DNA of 64,000 nucleotides from Terriglobales bacterium (GCA_035651475.1 DASRFP010000002.1:46597-110596), one strand, 5' to 3'. Positions 53,559-63,894 are shown, counted from the stretch's first letter. Notes: generated by a model from the sequence alone, not told the origin. Program-made: numbers and translations.

Positions 53559-53587
53559 CTTCAGGCTAAAACATTAGTAAGTAGTTG

Positions 53588-54109
53588 TTAGACCTTCGCC
53601 AAAGCAGCTAGTAGGTCGTTCTGCTGAGCTGGGGAAAGTACGCCAACCCACATCTTCTCGACCTTGCCAGTCCGATCAACTAAAAAAAGAGTCGGGGTTG
53701 CCGACGCACCCAAATCTTGCAGGGGCGTGGAGAGTACCGTTGTTGCTAAAATCTCGTTGGCTTTCATATAGGTTTCGGCTTCTTTTTGTTCCTGTGGAAA
53801 CACCGCGATCACGGCTAAGCGCTTGGCCTGTACCACCTTGGACCTGGTCAGTTGTCTATAAAAAGGCGTGCTCGCTTCACAGAAGTGACATGCTGTGGAT
53901 AGTGCCATTACAAGGGTCTTGTCTGCGATATCCCACTTAACTCCCCTTAGTTCTAACTTGTTGTTTGGAGGGGTACTCGTCTGCGCCGCGGCATGACTTA
54001 ATGATGAAATGGTTGTTTGAAACCAGTGCTCCCGTATAACGGTCGTAGATATCAGTAGTGCGGTAATGATGACCGCTAAATTTGCGAGCAGTTCGATTTT
54101 CACGCGCAT
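53588..54109 (-). CDS. membrane-anchored TlpA-like thioredoxin-fold protein
   Basis: N-terminal TM segment. CxxC motif in STACHFCEAS. The TlpA/redoxin-like layout ends ..PTLFLVDRTGKV... Confidence 0.7.
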   Translation of the reverse strand: MRVKIELLANLAVIITALLISTTVIREHWFQTTISSLSHAAAQTSTPPNNKLELRGVKWDIADKTLVMALSTACHFCEASTPFYRQLTRSKVVQAKRLAVIAVFPQEQKEAETYMKANEILATTVLSTPLQDLGASATPTLFLVDRTGKVEKMWVGVLSPAQQNDLLAALAKV

Positions 54110-54721
54110 GTGCTCCTCCTATAAAGCAGGTTATTGATGAATCTGACCAATTTTCGTACAGTCGAAGGGAACCCTAGGAAGACCCAAGCAGGCCAAGGAG
54201 AACTCTGTCGCTGCCTGCCTCAGCGGATTTTGCGAATGTACGCGCACTTCAGAGTATTTCGAACGAAATTCTTTAGAATTTTCGAAATCGGAACAGGCCT
54301 CGGACATTTTAGGGTTGGTCTATCAGCTAAAATCTTTCGAATCTGAATTGAACATGCAGCGCAGTGGCTGCTGATGAGAAGGTGCGCCTAGCTGCTGCCG
54401 CATGACGTACCTGTTCCGAATCCCGTAACAAACTATGTCCATTACTTGGTGGGAGCGGTCAGTAGGGATCATAGAGACTTAAGTGCTCCCAGTGTCCAGG
54501 GATTAATTTAACGAAGTTCGCGTCATACCCACTCTGAAAGTCTTCCGAACCCACTCGTACACTCACCCTGGGTAATCCTTAGTAACCATACAGATTGCAG
54601 TGGCCAGCCGTACAATGACCATGTCCGAAAGGCCGTCCCAGCCTTGGTCCGGCGAACACTGCGCGAATGCGCTAGATTCCAGCCGCAGGGAAGCCGCACG
54701 GAACCGGAGTCGGTAAAACTT

Positions 54722-57700
54722 ATGGCGTTTGGTTTCGGGTTCAACAAGCAGAAAGTTCTGAGCGCTGCGGAAAAATTCGTTCAGCAGGGAAAGCTCCAGA
54801 ACGCCATTGCCGAATACGAAAAGGTCATCAAGGCCGATTCGAAGGATCTCACCGTAATGAACACGATCGGCGATCTCTACTCCCGCTTGGGGGAGAGCGA
54901 GAAAGCTGCCGATTGCTTCAAAAATGTAGGCGACGCTTATGCCGCGCAAGGCTTCACGGTTAAAGCGATCGCGATGTACAAAAAACTTGGCAAGCTGAAG
55001 TCGTCTACCGAATCAGTTTTGCGCCTGGCGGAACTGTATACCCAGCAGGGCCTGTTTAATGATGCGCGAGCGCAATATCTGCAAGTTGCCGAAGACTTCC
55101 TGAAATCTGGCAAGCCCGACCAGGCCATACGAATTTTCCAGAAAACGCTGGAGATGGACCCCGACAACGTTCCTATGCGGATGAAGCTCGCCGAAGCTTA
55201 TGTACGCATGGGTAAGAAAGACGACGCATGGCAGCTTCTGAGCGCGGCAGCAGAAACCCTGCGCGGCAAGGGCCAGCTGGCCGCCGCGAACGAAATTCTG
55301 CAGAAGATGCTAAAGCTCGACCCGGAAAACAGCTACGCGCTTGTGATGCGTGGCCGGGCGTCGGTCGAGGCTGGAGATTTTCCCGCGGCAATTGAATGCC
55401 TCACCAAAGTTCCCGATCTTGATAGCAATGCCGAAGGCTTGCGCGCCCTCTTCCAATCCTATTTACAGACTAAGCGCTTCGATGATGCCTCCGCGCTGGT
55501 TCAGAAGCTTGCCAACGTTCACAACGACATTTCTGCGGTCTTCGAGTACGCGAATGCACTCGCTGAGTCACAGCGCCATCGCGACGCCCTGAAGGTGTAT
55601 ACCGACTTTTCTGACCTCCTGCTGCGCGCCGACTCTGCCCGGTTATTCGAAGCTGTGCGTTCACTCCTCGGCTGCGTTAAAGATGACACGCAGTTGCTGG
55701 AGATGGCGCTCGCAATTTTCCAAAAAGGCGGCGAGACCACGCAGTTCACTGATCTGTATGAACTGTTGGCACACGGCTACGTGCAGTCCGGCGATCTGCA
55801 AAAGGCTGGCGAGTATTACAAAAAGCTGATGCAACTGGAACCCGCCAACCAGATGCACGCCATGAATTATCAGCAGGTGACGCAGAAGGTGGGGGTTTCC
55901 GGCAACTCTCCTCATCTGATTACCGCGGAAGAAGGCGCATCCATTGCCGACGAATTGGAGGCGCATGCTCCAGTGATCGAGCAGCGCTACGACGACGACG
56001 TGGCTCTGGCGGTAAAGGCTGCCTTGACCGATGCGGAACTGTTCATGTCCTACAACATGCCGGCCAAGGCGCTCGATCCGCTGATTGCAGCTCTGCCAAA
56101 GGCGCCGCGCGACCTGAGATTGAATCAGAAATTGGCGGCATTGCACACACGCGCTGGGCGGTTCGCCGAAGCCGCAGTTTCTTGTCGCACCCTGGAAAGC
56201 ATTTATCACGATGCCGGGTTCGCCGATGAGGCATCGCGATACAGTGATCTGGCCGCGAAGTATGAGCATCGCAGCGGGACCACACCAATAGTCGCCGCTC
56301 CGGTTCCGGGTTCAGTTGCCAGCATCCCGGTCACGGCAGCAGCTCCTACCACGGCTGCGAGCTCGGCAGGCTCCGCGGTGGTTCAGGAATTCAACATTTC
56401 AGCCCCTGCAATTGAGCATATCGGGGAAGACACTCAGCGACCGACTGCCGAAGAACCCGGCCTTTACGCGCACGTGGCCCCTGCTGCCCCGTCTGGATTG
56501 TTTTTCGAAGCGCCTGCGTCAGCTCCGGCGCCGGCGGCTGAAGAGTTCTCCGTCGCGCCGGTTGCCGAACATGCTACTGAGGGCGAAACCGCAAACGATT
56601 GGGAGCAGGATTTCTCGATCGAGGCACCAACTTCGGTTGCCGGCGACTCGGAACCCCAGCACGTTGCCACGGAACCCTCAGAGCCTGTCTCAACCCCGGT
56701 CCCCGCCGGGTCCGCGACCTCTCCCGCTCCAACAATCAATCTTGATGAATTTGTCGAAGAGGTTCGTTTCTATCTCGGCCAGGGCATGATTGAGCAGGCC
56801 GAACAAGTTTTGTCAAAGGTGGAGGCGCTCGCGCCCGGCGCGCCTGAGCTTGCGGTGCTGCGGCTGGGTATCGATTCAGCGAAACACCTGGTCGTTTCAA
56901 CCGAGTCGGTCATTTCGGCCGAGGTGTCCGATGAACCCGAAGTACCCGAAATAGCTATCGAGGAGCCCGCGCCAGCTAACTATGTGGAGCATGCAGCGCC
57001 GGTCGGACACGGGGCGACGGCGCAGCCTTGGCCGGCCGAATCGGCACCAGAACCAGTTCCAGCGCCGGTTCCAGAACTTGAGATTCCGCACACGCCCGTT
57101 GCACCACAAACCCCGTCGCCTGTACCGGCACGTCACGCACCCACAGGGGCGGCAGATGCGGAAGTGAAATATGCTGCTGGCACTCTCGATGCTTTTGTCG
57201 CTGATCTCGAAGAATCACTAGGCAACGATTTCTTAGCCGATGAAACGCCCGCTCCGGAGCCGATTGCGCCCGCCCGGCCAGCTCACGTTCCAGTTAAGCC
57301 GCCGGTTGCTGCCGCACCGTCTGCGCGGCCGGTACCGCCGCGCACTGCGCCAGTAACTCCGCCGCCAGTACCGGCTCAGCACGAGGTCCCAATTGCCCGG
57401 GCAGCTGCCGCTTCAGCTTCGAACATTGGGATTGCACCAGTTGCCCCAATAATGCCTCCGGTAATGCCGCCGGCGGCAGCACCGGTGTCACAGCCCGTGC
57501 TTGATCCAGGCGTCAGCGTCGATCTTTCCAGCATGTTTGGCGAGCTCAAGCAGGAGCTTGAGCACGAGGTCGCGACCACAGAAGAAGATCCCGAGACGCA
57601 TTACAACCTTGGCGTCGCGTTCCGCGAGATGGGGCTACTCGACGAAGCTATTGGTGAGCTTCAAAAGGTCTGCCAATCGATTGAGCGCGGGCACCAGTTC

Positions 57701-57964
57701 CCCCACGTGATCCAGGCCTATACCTGGCTAGCGCAATGCTTCCTTGATAAGGGTGTGCCCGAAGTTGCTGCCCGCTGGTATGACAAAGCTCTCAGAATTC
57801 CCAACCTCGACCAGGAAAGCCGGACCGCGCTGCATTATGAACTTGCGTCCGCCCTGGAGCTGGCAGGCAACAAGCAAGCTGCCTTAAATAATTTCCTGGA
57901 AGTCTATAGCGCGAACATCGATTATCGAGATGTCTCCGAGCGGATCAAGGCCCTTCGGTCGTAA
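54722..57964 (+). CDS. TPR-repeat protein with a long Pro/Ala-rich low-complexity linker
   Basis: ATG 54722 (MAFGFGFNKQKVLSAAEKFVQQGKLQNAIAEYEKV..). TPR-like repeats lie at both ends. About 450 aa of P/A/E-rich sequence lie in between. Confidence 0.7.
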   Translation: MAFGFGFNKQKVLSAAEKFVQQGKLQNAIAEYEKVIKADSKDLTVMNTIGDLYSRLGESEKAADCFKNVGDAYAAQGFTVKAIAMYKKLGKLKSSTESVLRLAELYTQQGLFNDARAQYLQVAEDFLKSGKPDQAIRIFQKTLEMDPDNVPMRMKLAEAYVRMGKKDDAWQLLSAAAETLRGKGQLAAANEILQKMLKLDPENSYALVMRGRASVEAGDFPAAIECLTKVPDLDSNAEGLRALFQSYLQTKRFDDASALVQKLANVHNDISAVFEYANALAESQRHRDALKVYTDFSDLLLRADSARLFEAVRSLLGCVKDDTQLLEMALAIFQKGGETTQFTDLYELLAHGYVQSGDLQKAGEYYKKLMQLEPANQMHAMNYQQVTQKVGVSGNSPHLITAEEGASIADELEAHAPVIEQRYDDDVALAVKAALTDAELFMSYNMPAKALDPLIAALPKAPRDLRLNQKLAALHTRAGRFAEAAVSCRTLESIYHDAGFADEASRYSDLAAKYEHRSGTTPIVAAPVPGSVASIPVTAAAPTTAASSAGSAVVQEFNISAPAIEHIGEDTQRPTAEEPGLYAHVAPAAPSGLFFEAPASAPAPAAEEFSVAPVAEHATEGETANDWEQDFSIEAPTSVAGDSEPQHVATEPSEPVSTPVPAGSATSPAPTINLDEFVEEVRFYLGQGMIEQAEQVLSKVEALAPGAPELAVLRLGIDSAKHLVVSTESVISAEVSDEPEVPEIAIEEPAPANYVEHAAPVGHGATAQPWPAESAPEPVPAPVPELEIPHTPVAPQTPSPVPARHAPTGAADAEVKYAAGTLDAFVADLEESLGNDFLADETPAPEPIAPARPAHVPVKPPVAAAPSARPVPPRTAPVTPPPVPAQHEVPIARAAAASASNIGIAPVAPIMPPVMPPAAAPVSQPVLDPGVSVDLSSMFGELKQELEHEVATTEEDPETHYNLGVAFREMGLLDEAIGELQKVCQSIERGHQFPHVIQAYTWLAQCFLDKGVPEVAARWYDKALRIPNLDQESRTALHYELASALELAGNKQAALNNFLEVYSANIDYRDVSERIKALRS

Positions 57965-57995
57965 AATACCGGGATGGGCGTGACTCGTAAGGTTT

Positions 57996-58364
57996 GTGGA
58001 AGCACGAAGGCAGGAGCCCGGAGTGAACGCTGAGCCCAGGCTTGTACCACCACCTTCTGAACCACCCCCGATCCGGCACGATTCGCCTCAACCATCTCTC
58101 AATGTGGGACGAAGGCCGGGTTGGCAAATATGGCTGGTGCGAATTCGCGCTCTGCTGTTTGTAACTGTCTGTGCCACCTTCGGTGTGCTACTGATTATTC
58201 TGCCGTGGACCCCGAAGTGGACCGACAACCCTCTTTTGCTGATGCACCCCAACCTGCGGGATTTTATTTCCAGCGGTTTCGCGCGTGGCCTGGCCAGCGG
58301 CCTCGGCATTCTCGACCTCTGGCTGGGTTTCTGGGAAGCCATTCATTATCATGAGAATCAATAA
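57996..58364 (+). CDS. hypothetical small membrane protein
   Basis: Pro-rich N-terminus and two hydrophobic segments. It lies 31 nt after the TPR gene. Confidence 0.4.
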   Translation: MEARRQEPGVNAEPRLVPPPSEPPPIRHDSPQPSLNVGRRPGWQIWLVRIRALLFVTVCATFGVLLIILPWTPKWTDNPLLLMHPNLRDFISSGFARGLASGLGILDLWLGFWEAIHYHENQ

Positions 58365-58476
58365 AGACGGTGGTTCGTGACTCGTGCCTCGCGGCGCGTG
58401 CCTCGAAAAAACCCACTAGGACATTCCTGACTATCTAACTACGAGCGACGAATCAGGTTCACGAGCCACGGACTTC

Positions 58477-59334
58477 ATGACCAAGCCTCCACAAATCGCG
58501 CCACTCGCCTACGAAAACCCAGAGTTCCTCAATAGCCCGGACGGCAGGGTACTCCGCATTGTCTCGGAATACTCCGAACCCCTCGCCCGCTTCCGCCGCG
58601 AACAGATTCAGGACACAGTTGTATTTTTTGGGTCCGCCCGCTTTCACAGCCTGGAAGACGCAAACAAAGCGCTGCACGCAAGTTCATCGAGCGACGACGG
58701 CAAGCGCAAACTCGCCCAAGCCGGAGTCGATATGGCCCGCTACTACGAAGACGCTCGCCGCATGGCGTTTCTGCTGAGCCAGTGGTCTTCGCAGATTCCT
58801 GCCCGCAGGCGCCGCTTCGTCGTAACCACCGGCGGTGGCCCGGGGATTATGGAGGCCGCAAATCGTGGCGCCCGAGAGGCAGGTGCGAAAACGGTTGGGC
58901 TAAATATTCGCTTGCCGTTCGAGCAGTATCCGAACCCGTATATCACGCCTTCGCTCAATTTCGATTTCCACTATTTCTTCATGCGCAAGTTCTGGTTTGC
59001 TTATCTTGCCAAAGCTCTGGTTATCTTCCCCGGCGGCTTCGGCACTATGGATGAGCTTTTTGAAATTCTGACCCTTGCACAAACCCGTAAGCTCGCAAAG
59101 AAAATCCTGGTCGTGATTTACGGCCGGGAGTACTGGGATCGCCTCATCAACTTCCAGACGATGGTCGACGCGGCTGCGATCTCCGCGAAAGATCTCGAGC
59201 TGTTCAAGATGGCCGATACTCCGGAAGAGGGTTTCGAGTTTCTCCGCGATGGGCTGACCAAATATCATCTTGGTCCAGACCGCCCGAAGCGCGTTGGGGA
59301 AGTCGCGCCGGAGATTGCAAAGACAAACCCGTAA
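58477..59334 (+). CDS. LOG-family (TIGR00730-type) Rossmann-fold nucleotide-binding protein
   Basis: GGGPGIMEAANRGA and PGGFGTMDELFE motifs. Confidence 0.85.
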   Translation: MTKPPQIAPLAYENPEFLNSPDGRVLRIVSEYSEPLARFRREQIQDTVVFFGSARFHSLEDANKALHASSSSDDGKRKLAQAGVDMARYYEDARRMAFLLSQWSSQIPARRRRFVVTTGGGPGIMEAANRGAREAGAKTVGLNIRLPFEQYPNPYITPSLNFDFHYFFMRKFWFAYLAKALVIFPGGFGTMDELFEILTLAQTRKLAKKILVVIYGREYWDRLINFQTMVDAAAISAKDLELFKMADTPEEGFEFLRDGLTKYHLGPDRPKRVGEVAPEIAKTNP

Positions 59335-59349
59335 GGGCGATCGTTAGTC

Positions 59350-59416
59350 CTGTCATCCTGAGCGAAGTAGGACCGTTCGGGCGCGAATGGTTCTACGCAG
59401 TCGAGGACCTCTGCAC
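59350..59416. repeat. half MITE-like element (GTCATCCTGAGCGAAG variant)
   Basis: CTGTCATCCTGAGCGAAGTAGGACC...GTCGAGGACCTCTGCAC. I see no matching right terminal repeat. Confidence 0.5.
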
Positions 59417-60067
59417 TTCGTGCTCCTTTACTACATAACGGACCGAGCTCAACTCGCGCGCGATGAGACTCAACGTCGCGTTCGCTTGCTCGACAAAATA
59501 TCCGAAGCCGCACAGGCCGGAGTCGATTACATTCAGCTCCGTGAAAAGGACCTTCCAGCGCGCGAATTCGAGTTACTCGCGCGCCAGGCAGCGCAACTGG
59601 TGCGGGCATCGGGTAGCAAAACGCGCCTGTTGATAAATTCACGCACCGATATCGCTCTCGCAGTGCAAGCTGATGGCGTGCACCTGCGATCAAATGACAT
59701 TTCACCGGCTGACGTCCGAATGATTTTGAAAAGGGCCAGCCCCGCATCGCAGCCCCTCATTGCCGTTTCATCCCACAACCTTGCTGAAGTCGTCGGTGCT
59801 AAAAACGCCGGGGCAGACTTCGTTGTGTTCGGCCCCGTCTTCGGCAAAAGAGATTTAAAGGGAAATCCAACCGGAACTGATCAACTTCGAAACGCTTGCG
59901 GAAAGGGAATTCCAGTCTTTTCTCTGGGGGGCCTCACAACCAACAACGTTTCGTTATGCGTTGAAGCCGGCGCAAGCGGAATTGCGGCAATCCGGCTGTT
60001 CCAGGAAAACGAAATTGCCAAGGTGGTTGAGATGCTGGGAGGCGATAGCTTGGTCGATGGATTTTAG
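59387..60067 (+). CDS. thiE: thiamine-phosphate synthase
   Basis: ..YYITDR..VDYIQLREKDL..ADGVHL..ADFVVFGPVF..GGL.. layout. The ATG at 59387 lies inside the repeat, so an in-frame GTG at 59420 (VLLYYITDR) is an equally plausible start. Confidence 0.8.
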   Translation: MVLRSRGPLHFVLLYYITDRAQLARDETQRRVRLLDKISEAAQAGVDYIQLREKDLPAREFELLARQAAQLVRASGSKTRLLINSRTDIALAVQADGVHLRSNDISPADVRMILKRASPASQPLIAVSSHNLAEVVGAKNAGADFVVFGPVFGKRDLKGNPTGTDQLRNACGKGIPVFSLGGLTTNNVSLCVEAGASGIAAIRLFQENEIAKVVEMLGGDSLVDGF

Positions 60068-62059
60068 CTACGCGAATAAAAACTCTTTCGTCCGCAGTTC
60101 TTTGATCTTGTCCCGCAGCTTGGCGGCTTTTTCGAATTCGAACTTCTTCGCGGTTTCGCGCATTTCAGTTTCCATCTTCGCGATGAAGGCGTCGAGTTCT
60201 TCCTGATTCTTGAAGTCGGGAATTCCGTCGGCTTCGGTGCTGGCCAGTTCTGCGTAATCGGCCTCCACAATGCTCGCCAGCGACATCTCGAGCGGGCGCA
60301 CGATCGACTGCGGCGTGATCCCATTTTCGACGTTGTAGGCTTCCTGAATGGCGCGGCGGCGGCTGGTTTCATCCATCGCTTTCTGCATGGAATCAGTCAT
60401 CCTGTCCGCATAAAGCACCGCACGCCCATTGAGATTCCGCGCACAACGGCCGATGGTTTGAATCAGCGACCCACTGGATCGGAGAAATCCTTCCTTGTCC
60501 GCATCAAGCACAGCGACCAATGAAACTTCGGGGAGGTCCAGCCCCTCACGCAGAAGATTGATCCCGATCAGCACATCGAATTCACCGCGCCGCAAATCGC
60601 GCAGGATTTTCACCCGTTCCAGAGTTTCGATTTCCGAGTGCATGTACCGGCACTTCACCCCGACTTCACTGTAGTACTCCGATAAATCCTCGGCCATTCG
60701 CTTGGTGAGAGTGGTTACAAGCACTCGTTCTCCGCGCTCCACCCGCTGGCGAATTTCGTGCAGCAGGTCGTCAATCTGACCTTTCACCGGGCGCACTTCG
60801 ACGGGGGGATCGACCAGGCCGGTTGGCCGGATAATTTGCTCCACTACCACTCCAGCCGACTTCGTCAATTCATATGGGCCGGGAGTCGCAGAAACATAAA
60901 TCAGCTGGTTTGTCCGATGTTCAAATTCCTCGAACGTCAGCGGACGATTGTCCATTGCCGAGGGCAGGCGAAAGCCATATTCAACCAGAGTTGATTTTCG
61001 CGACCGGTCGCCATGGTACATGCCGTGCAACTGCGGGACGGTCTGATGCGACTCGTCGATGAACATCACATAATCGCGCGGAAAATAATCGAGCAGTGTC
61101 GGCGGAGGCTCGCCCGGCATGCGCCCGGTGAAGTGCCGCGAATAATTCTCAATCCCGTGGCAATACCCCATGGCCTTGATCATCTCCAGGTCATACATCG
61201 TGCGCTGATGCACGCGTTGGGCCTCGACCATGCGACCTTGCTTCTCCAGTTCCTTTTCCCACCAGGCCAACTCTTCTTTGATGGAATCGACTGCGCGCGA
61301 ACGCGTTTCGGGCTTCATCACGTAGTGCGTCTTCGGATAAATCGGCAGCCGCACGTACTTTTGCTTGACTGTGCCGAACAGCGGATCGATTTGCGAGAGC
61401 GACTCGACTTCGTCTCCCCAGAGCTCAATTCGATACGCAAAGTCGTCGTAGGTGGGATAAATCTCGATCACATCGCCGCGCACGCGGAATGTCCCGCGAC
61501 GGAAGTCGCCGTCCGTGCGCTCGTAGAGAATTTCAACCAGCTTGCGCGTGATGTCCTCGCGCTTGATCTTCTGGCCTTTTTCGAGGAACAGAAGCATCCC
61601 GTAATACGCTTCAGGAGATCCCAAACCGTAAATGCAGCTCACCGAAGCAACGATCAAACAATCGCGCCGCTCGAACAAAGAACGTGTCGCCGAAAGCCGC
61701 AGCTTATCGAGTTCGTCATTAATCGTGGCTTCTTTCTCGATGTAGAGATCGGCCGCTGGAACGTACGCTTCCGGCTGGTAATAATCGTAGTAAGAAACGA
61801 AATATTCGATAGCATTGTGAGGAAAGAAATTCTTGAACTCGTGGTAAAGCTGCGCCGCGAGCGTCTTATTGTGCGCCATAACCAGCGCCGGACGGTTCAC
61901 CTGCTCGATGACCTTCGCCATCGTAAAGGTCTTGCCTGAACCAGTTACGCCCAGCAAAACCTGGTGCTGCTCGCGATCATAGACACCACGGAGCAAGGCT
62001 TCAATCGCATTGCCCTGGTCGCCTTTCGGCTTGTAATCGGATACTAAGCGGAAATCCAT
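60068..62059 (-). CDS. uvrB: excinuclease ABC subunit B
   Basis: [12 protein letters not shown] Walker A, DESH box, helicase motifs and the C-terminal UVR domain (..[14 protein letters not shown]..). Confidence 0.97.
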   Translation of the reverse strand: MDFRLVSDYKPKGDQGNAIEALLRGVYDREQHQVLLGVTGSGKTFTMAKVIEQVNRPALVMAHNKTLAAQLYHEFKNFFPHNAIEYFVSYYDYYQPEAYVPAADLYIEKEATINDELDKLRLSATRSLFERRDCLIVASVSCIYGLGSPEAYYGMLLFLEKGQKIKREDITRKLVEILYERTDGDFRRGTFRVRGDVIEIYPTYDDFAYRIELWGDEVESLSQIDPLFGTVKQKYVRLPIYPKTHYVMKPETRSRAVDSIKEELAWWEKELEKQGRMVEAQRVHQRTMYDLEMIKAMGYCHGIENYSRHFTGRMPGEPPPTLLDYFPRDYVMFIDESHQTVPQLHGMYHGDRSRKSTLVEYGFRLPSAMDNRPLTFEEFEHRTNQLIYVSATPGPYELTKSAGVVVEQIIRPTGLVDPPVEVRPVKGQIDDLLHEIRQRVERGERVLVTTLTKRMAEDLSEYYSEVGVKCRYMHSEIETLERVKILRDLRRGEFDVLIGINLLREGLDLPEVSLVAVLDADKEGFLRSSGSLIQTIGRCARNLNGRAVLYADRMTDSMQKAMDETSRRRAIQEAYNVENGITPQSIVRPLEMSLASIVEADYAELASTEADGIPDFKNQEELDAFIAKMETEMRETAKKFEFEKAAKLRDKIKELRTKEFLFA

Positions 62060-62184
62060 AACAGCGCTTCACAGACGCAAATATCTGCGGAAGTGTATCT
62101 CTCAATTATATCGAGGGTGGACGAGGAGTTTAGGCTTCCGCAGAAAACAAAAGCGCGGACAAGGCATACTTCCGTCTACGAAGC

Positions 62185-63894
62185 CTAGTGTGGCAGTCTG
62201 AAGATCATGCTGATCTGGGTTTCAATTTCCACCGGCTCACCATTCAGAAGATAAGGTCGATACTTCCATTGTTTGACTGCGTCTACCGCAGCCTTCGCCA
62301 ATGTGGCATCGCCAGAAATCACTTTAACGTTTGAGATCGCACCTGACTTGCCGATCTTTGCCAGAAGCTCAACCGTTCCTTCGCGCCTCAACTGGAGCGC
62401 CGCTGGCGGATATGCGGGCGGTACGCGCTTAATCAGCAATCCCTGCGTGATACCTTGCGAAATGCGGAGTGTCGCAGGGGCCGGCCGAGGCAGGGGTGTG
62501 TTCGTTGTCACCAAGCGAGCGATGGTATTGTCCGCCGGATTGGTCCCTGTGATAACCAGCGCTGGCGGCGCGGGAGCTGCGGCAGGTTGGTCTAGAACTT
62601 TCGGAGCTGCAGCCTGCCTCTTGTTTACTTGCAGCGGCTCCGATTTCGGGGTGACCGTGACCGGCTGCTCTGCACCATCAGCTTCCGGGCTGATTTCAAT
62701 ATGCTCCTTGGTCGGGAAGCCCTCGGCGCCGACGCTCGAAGAGGCAGGTGACACGGTCAGGTTTGTCGATCGGTCGCCTGCGGGAATCGCAACATTCAAT
62801 GGCGCTGCGCCTGAGTTCTGCGGCTCGGTCAGGTTGACTGATGGAGAAGGCTTGTTGTCCGGCTGCTCGGTCTGAGCTGTTCCCGCCGTCACGTTTGTCG
62901 CGGCAGTGCGAGCATGCAAGTAGTGCATCGGCTGATATTTTTTCCATCCGAAGTATCCCGCCGCCCCAACGATGAGCAGCACCGGGATAATCCAAATTGC
63001 CTTACTTCCACCACTGCTCTTTGCGGGGCGATAGGCGTAAGACGCGAAGCTCGGAACCGGCGGTTGTGGCCTTTCCGGAATCGCAGCCACTGCAACGATG
63101 GGATCTTGGGTCACCAACGGTGATGCGGCTGACATCTCGCGGAAGGCCTTTCTCTCAATCGTCTGCGCGCGATCGGCGTGCTCTGGTGCGAGTGCGGGTG
63201 CGGCTGCAAATCCTCCGCCCGAATGCGTGCTTTGGAACGACGGGGCCGAAGGCGCGGTATGTGCCCCGGAGGCAAAACTGGACAATGAGGCTCCAGTATT
63301 CGGCCCGGCTTGAGATCTCTTCTGCTCCGCATCGAGCAGCGAGGTCGGCATGCTGGGCGAAGGGGTTGGGGCGGCCATCGGCGGAACTGAGGGCCCGGCT
63401 GGTGTGCTGGGCGCTAGTGGCGCATTCGCCGATGCTGGCAGAAATACCGGTGATGTCGAACCAGGAACTGCCGAGTGTGTGGGCTGCGACTCAGGCGTGG
63501 TGCTTGTAGCATGCGACTGAGGTACGTTTTTCCTCAGCAAACCTCGAGCTACCCGCAGCGTATTTTTCGATTGTTCAATATTGATCGGCTTTGTGAGCAC
63601 CAGGTTTGCGCCGATACGGAATGCATTGGCCAGTCCTGTTTGTCCTTCGGCTACTGCGACGCACAACGTACTGTGATTCAGAGTCGAACTGCGAGCTCCC
63701 TTGAATAACACCGATGCGTTCTGCTCGTTGGCGCAGTCAACCACCAGAGCGTCGTAAGTTTCTCCCCCCAACTTTTTGACGGTAATAAACGGCTCGAATG
63801 ACAATTCAACCGTAAAGTCGAGTTCGCTTAACACTTGCGTCACAAGGCGAGCTGAGGCCTCATCTGGGCAGAAAAGGAGCGCTTTGTAGCTCAT
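62185..63894 (-). CDS. response-regulator receiver domain fused via TM and Pro-rich linker to a TonB C-terminal domain
   Basis: The N-terminal REC features are PDE, ALVVDC (acceptor Asp) and LTKP (conserved Lys-Pro). A TM segment AIWIIPVLLIVGAAGYFGW follows. The C-terminus PPAYPPAALQLRREGTVELLAKIGKSGAISNVKVISG..AVKQWKYRPYLLNGEPVE is TonB_C. Confidence 0.75.
   Translation of the reverse strand: MSYKALLFCPDEASARLVTQVLSELDFTVELSFEPFITVKKLGGETYDALVVDCANEQNASVLFKGARSSTLNHSTLCVAVAEGQTGLANAFRIGANLVLTKPINIEQSKNTLRVARGLLRKNVPQSHATSTTPESQPTHSAVPGSTSPVFLPASANAPLAPSTPAGPSVPPMAAPTPSPSMPTSLLDAEQKRSQAGPNTGASLSSFASGAHTAPSAPSFQSTHSGGGFAAAPALAPEHADRAQTIERKAFREMSAASPLVTQDPIVAVAAIPERPQPPVPSFASYAYRPAKSSGGSKAIWIIPVLLIVGAAGYFGWKKYQPMHYLHARTAATNVTAGTAQTEQPDNKPSPSVNLTEPQNSGAAPLNVAIPAGDRSTNLTVSPASSSVGAEGFPTKEHIEISPEADGAEQPVTVTPKSEPLQVNKRQAAAPKVLDQPAAAPAPPALVITGTNPADNTIARLVTTNTPLPRPAPATLRISQGITQGLLIKRVPPAYPPAALQLRREGTVELLAKIGKSGAISNVKVISGDATLAKAAVDAVKQWKYRPYLLNGEPVEIETQISMIFRLPH

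Noticed and set aside
54134-54346. 70-aa + ORF and two minus-strand ORFs (54523..54747, 54563..54949) in the gap before the TPR gene
   Set aside because: They have no RBS and no recognisable motifs. Their composition looks non-coding, and the minus-strand ORFs overlap the well-supported TPR gene start.
59335-59420. TPP riboswitch upstream of thiE (a CTGAG-containing structured leader)
   Set aside because: The CCTGAGCGAAG segment is the terminal part of the MITE-like repeat family seen elsewhere in the window. I do not see the other conserved TPP-aptamer segments.
61013-61939. 308-aa + strand ORF, and many other long ORFs opposite real genes (for example 18109..18882, 19299..20087, 27986..28807, 55661..56269, 62273..62875)
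   Set aside because: They lie antisense to genes with unambiguous motifs (uvrB, fabF/acpP, the kinase and others). Their products are Arg/Ala/Pro-rich with no motifs. These are typical GC-rich shadow ORFs.
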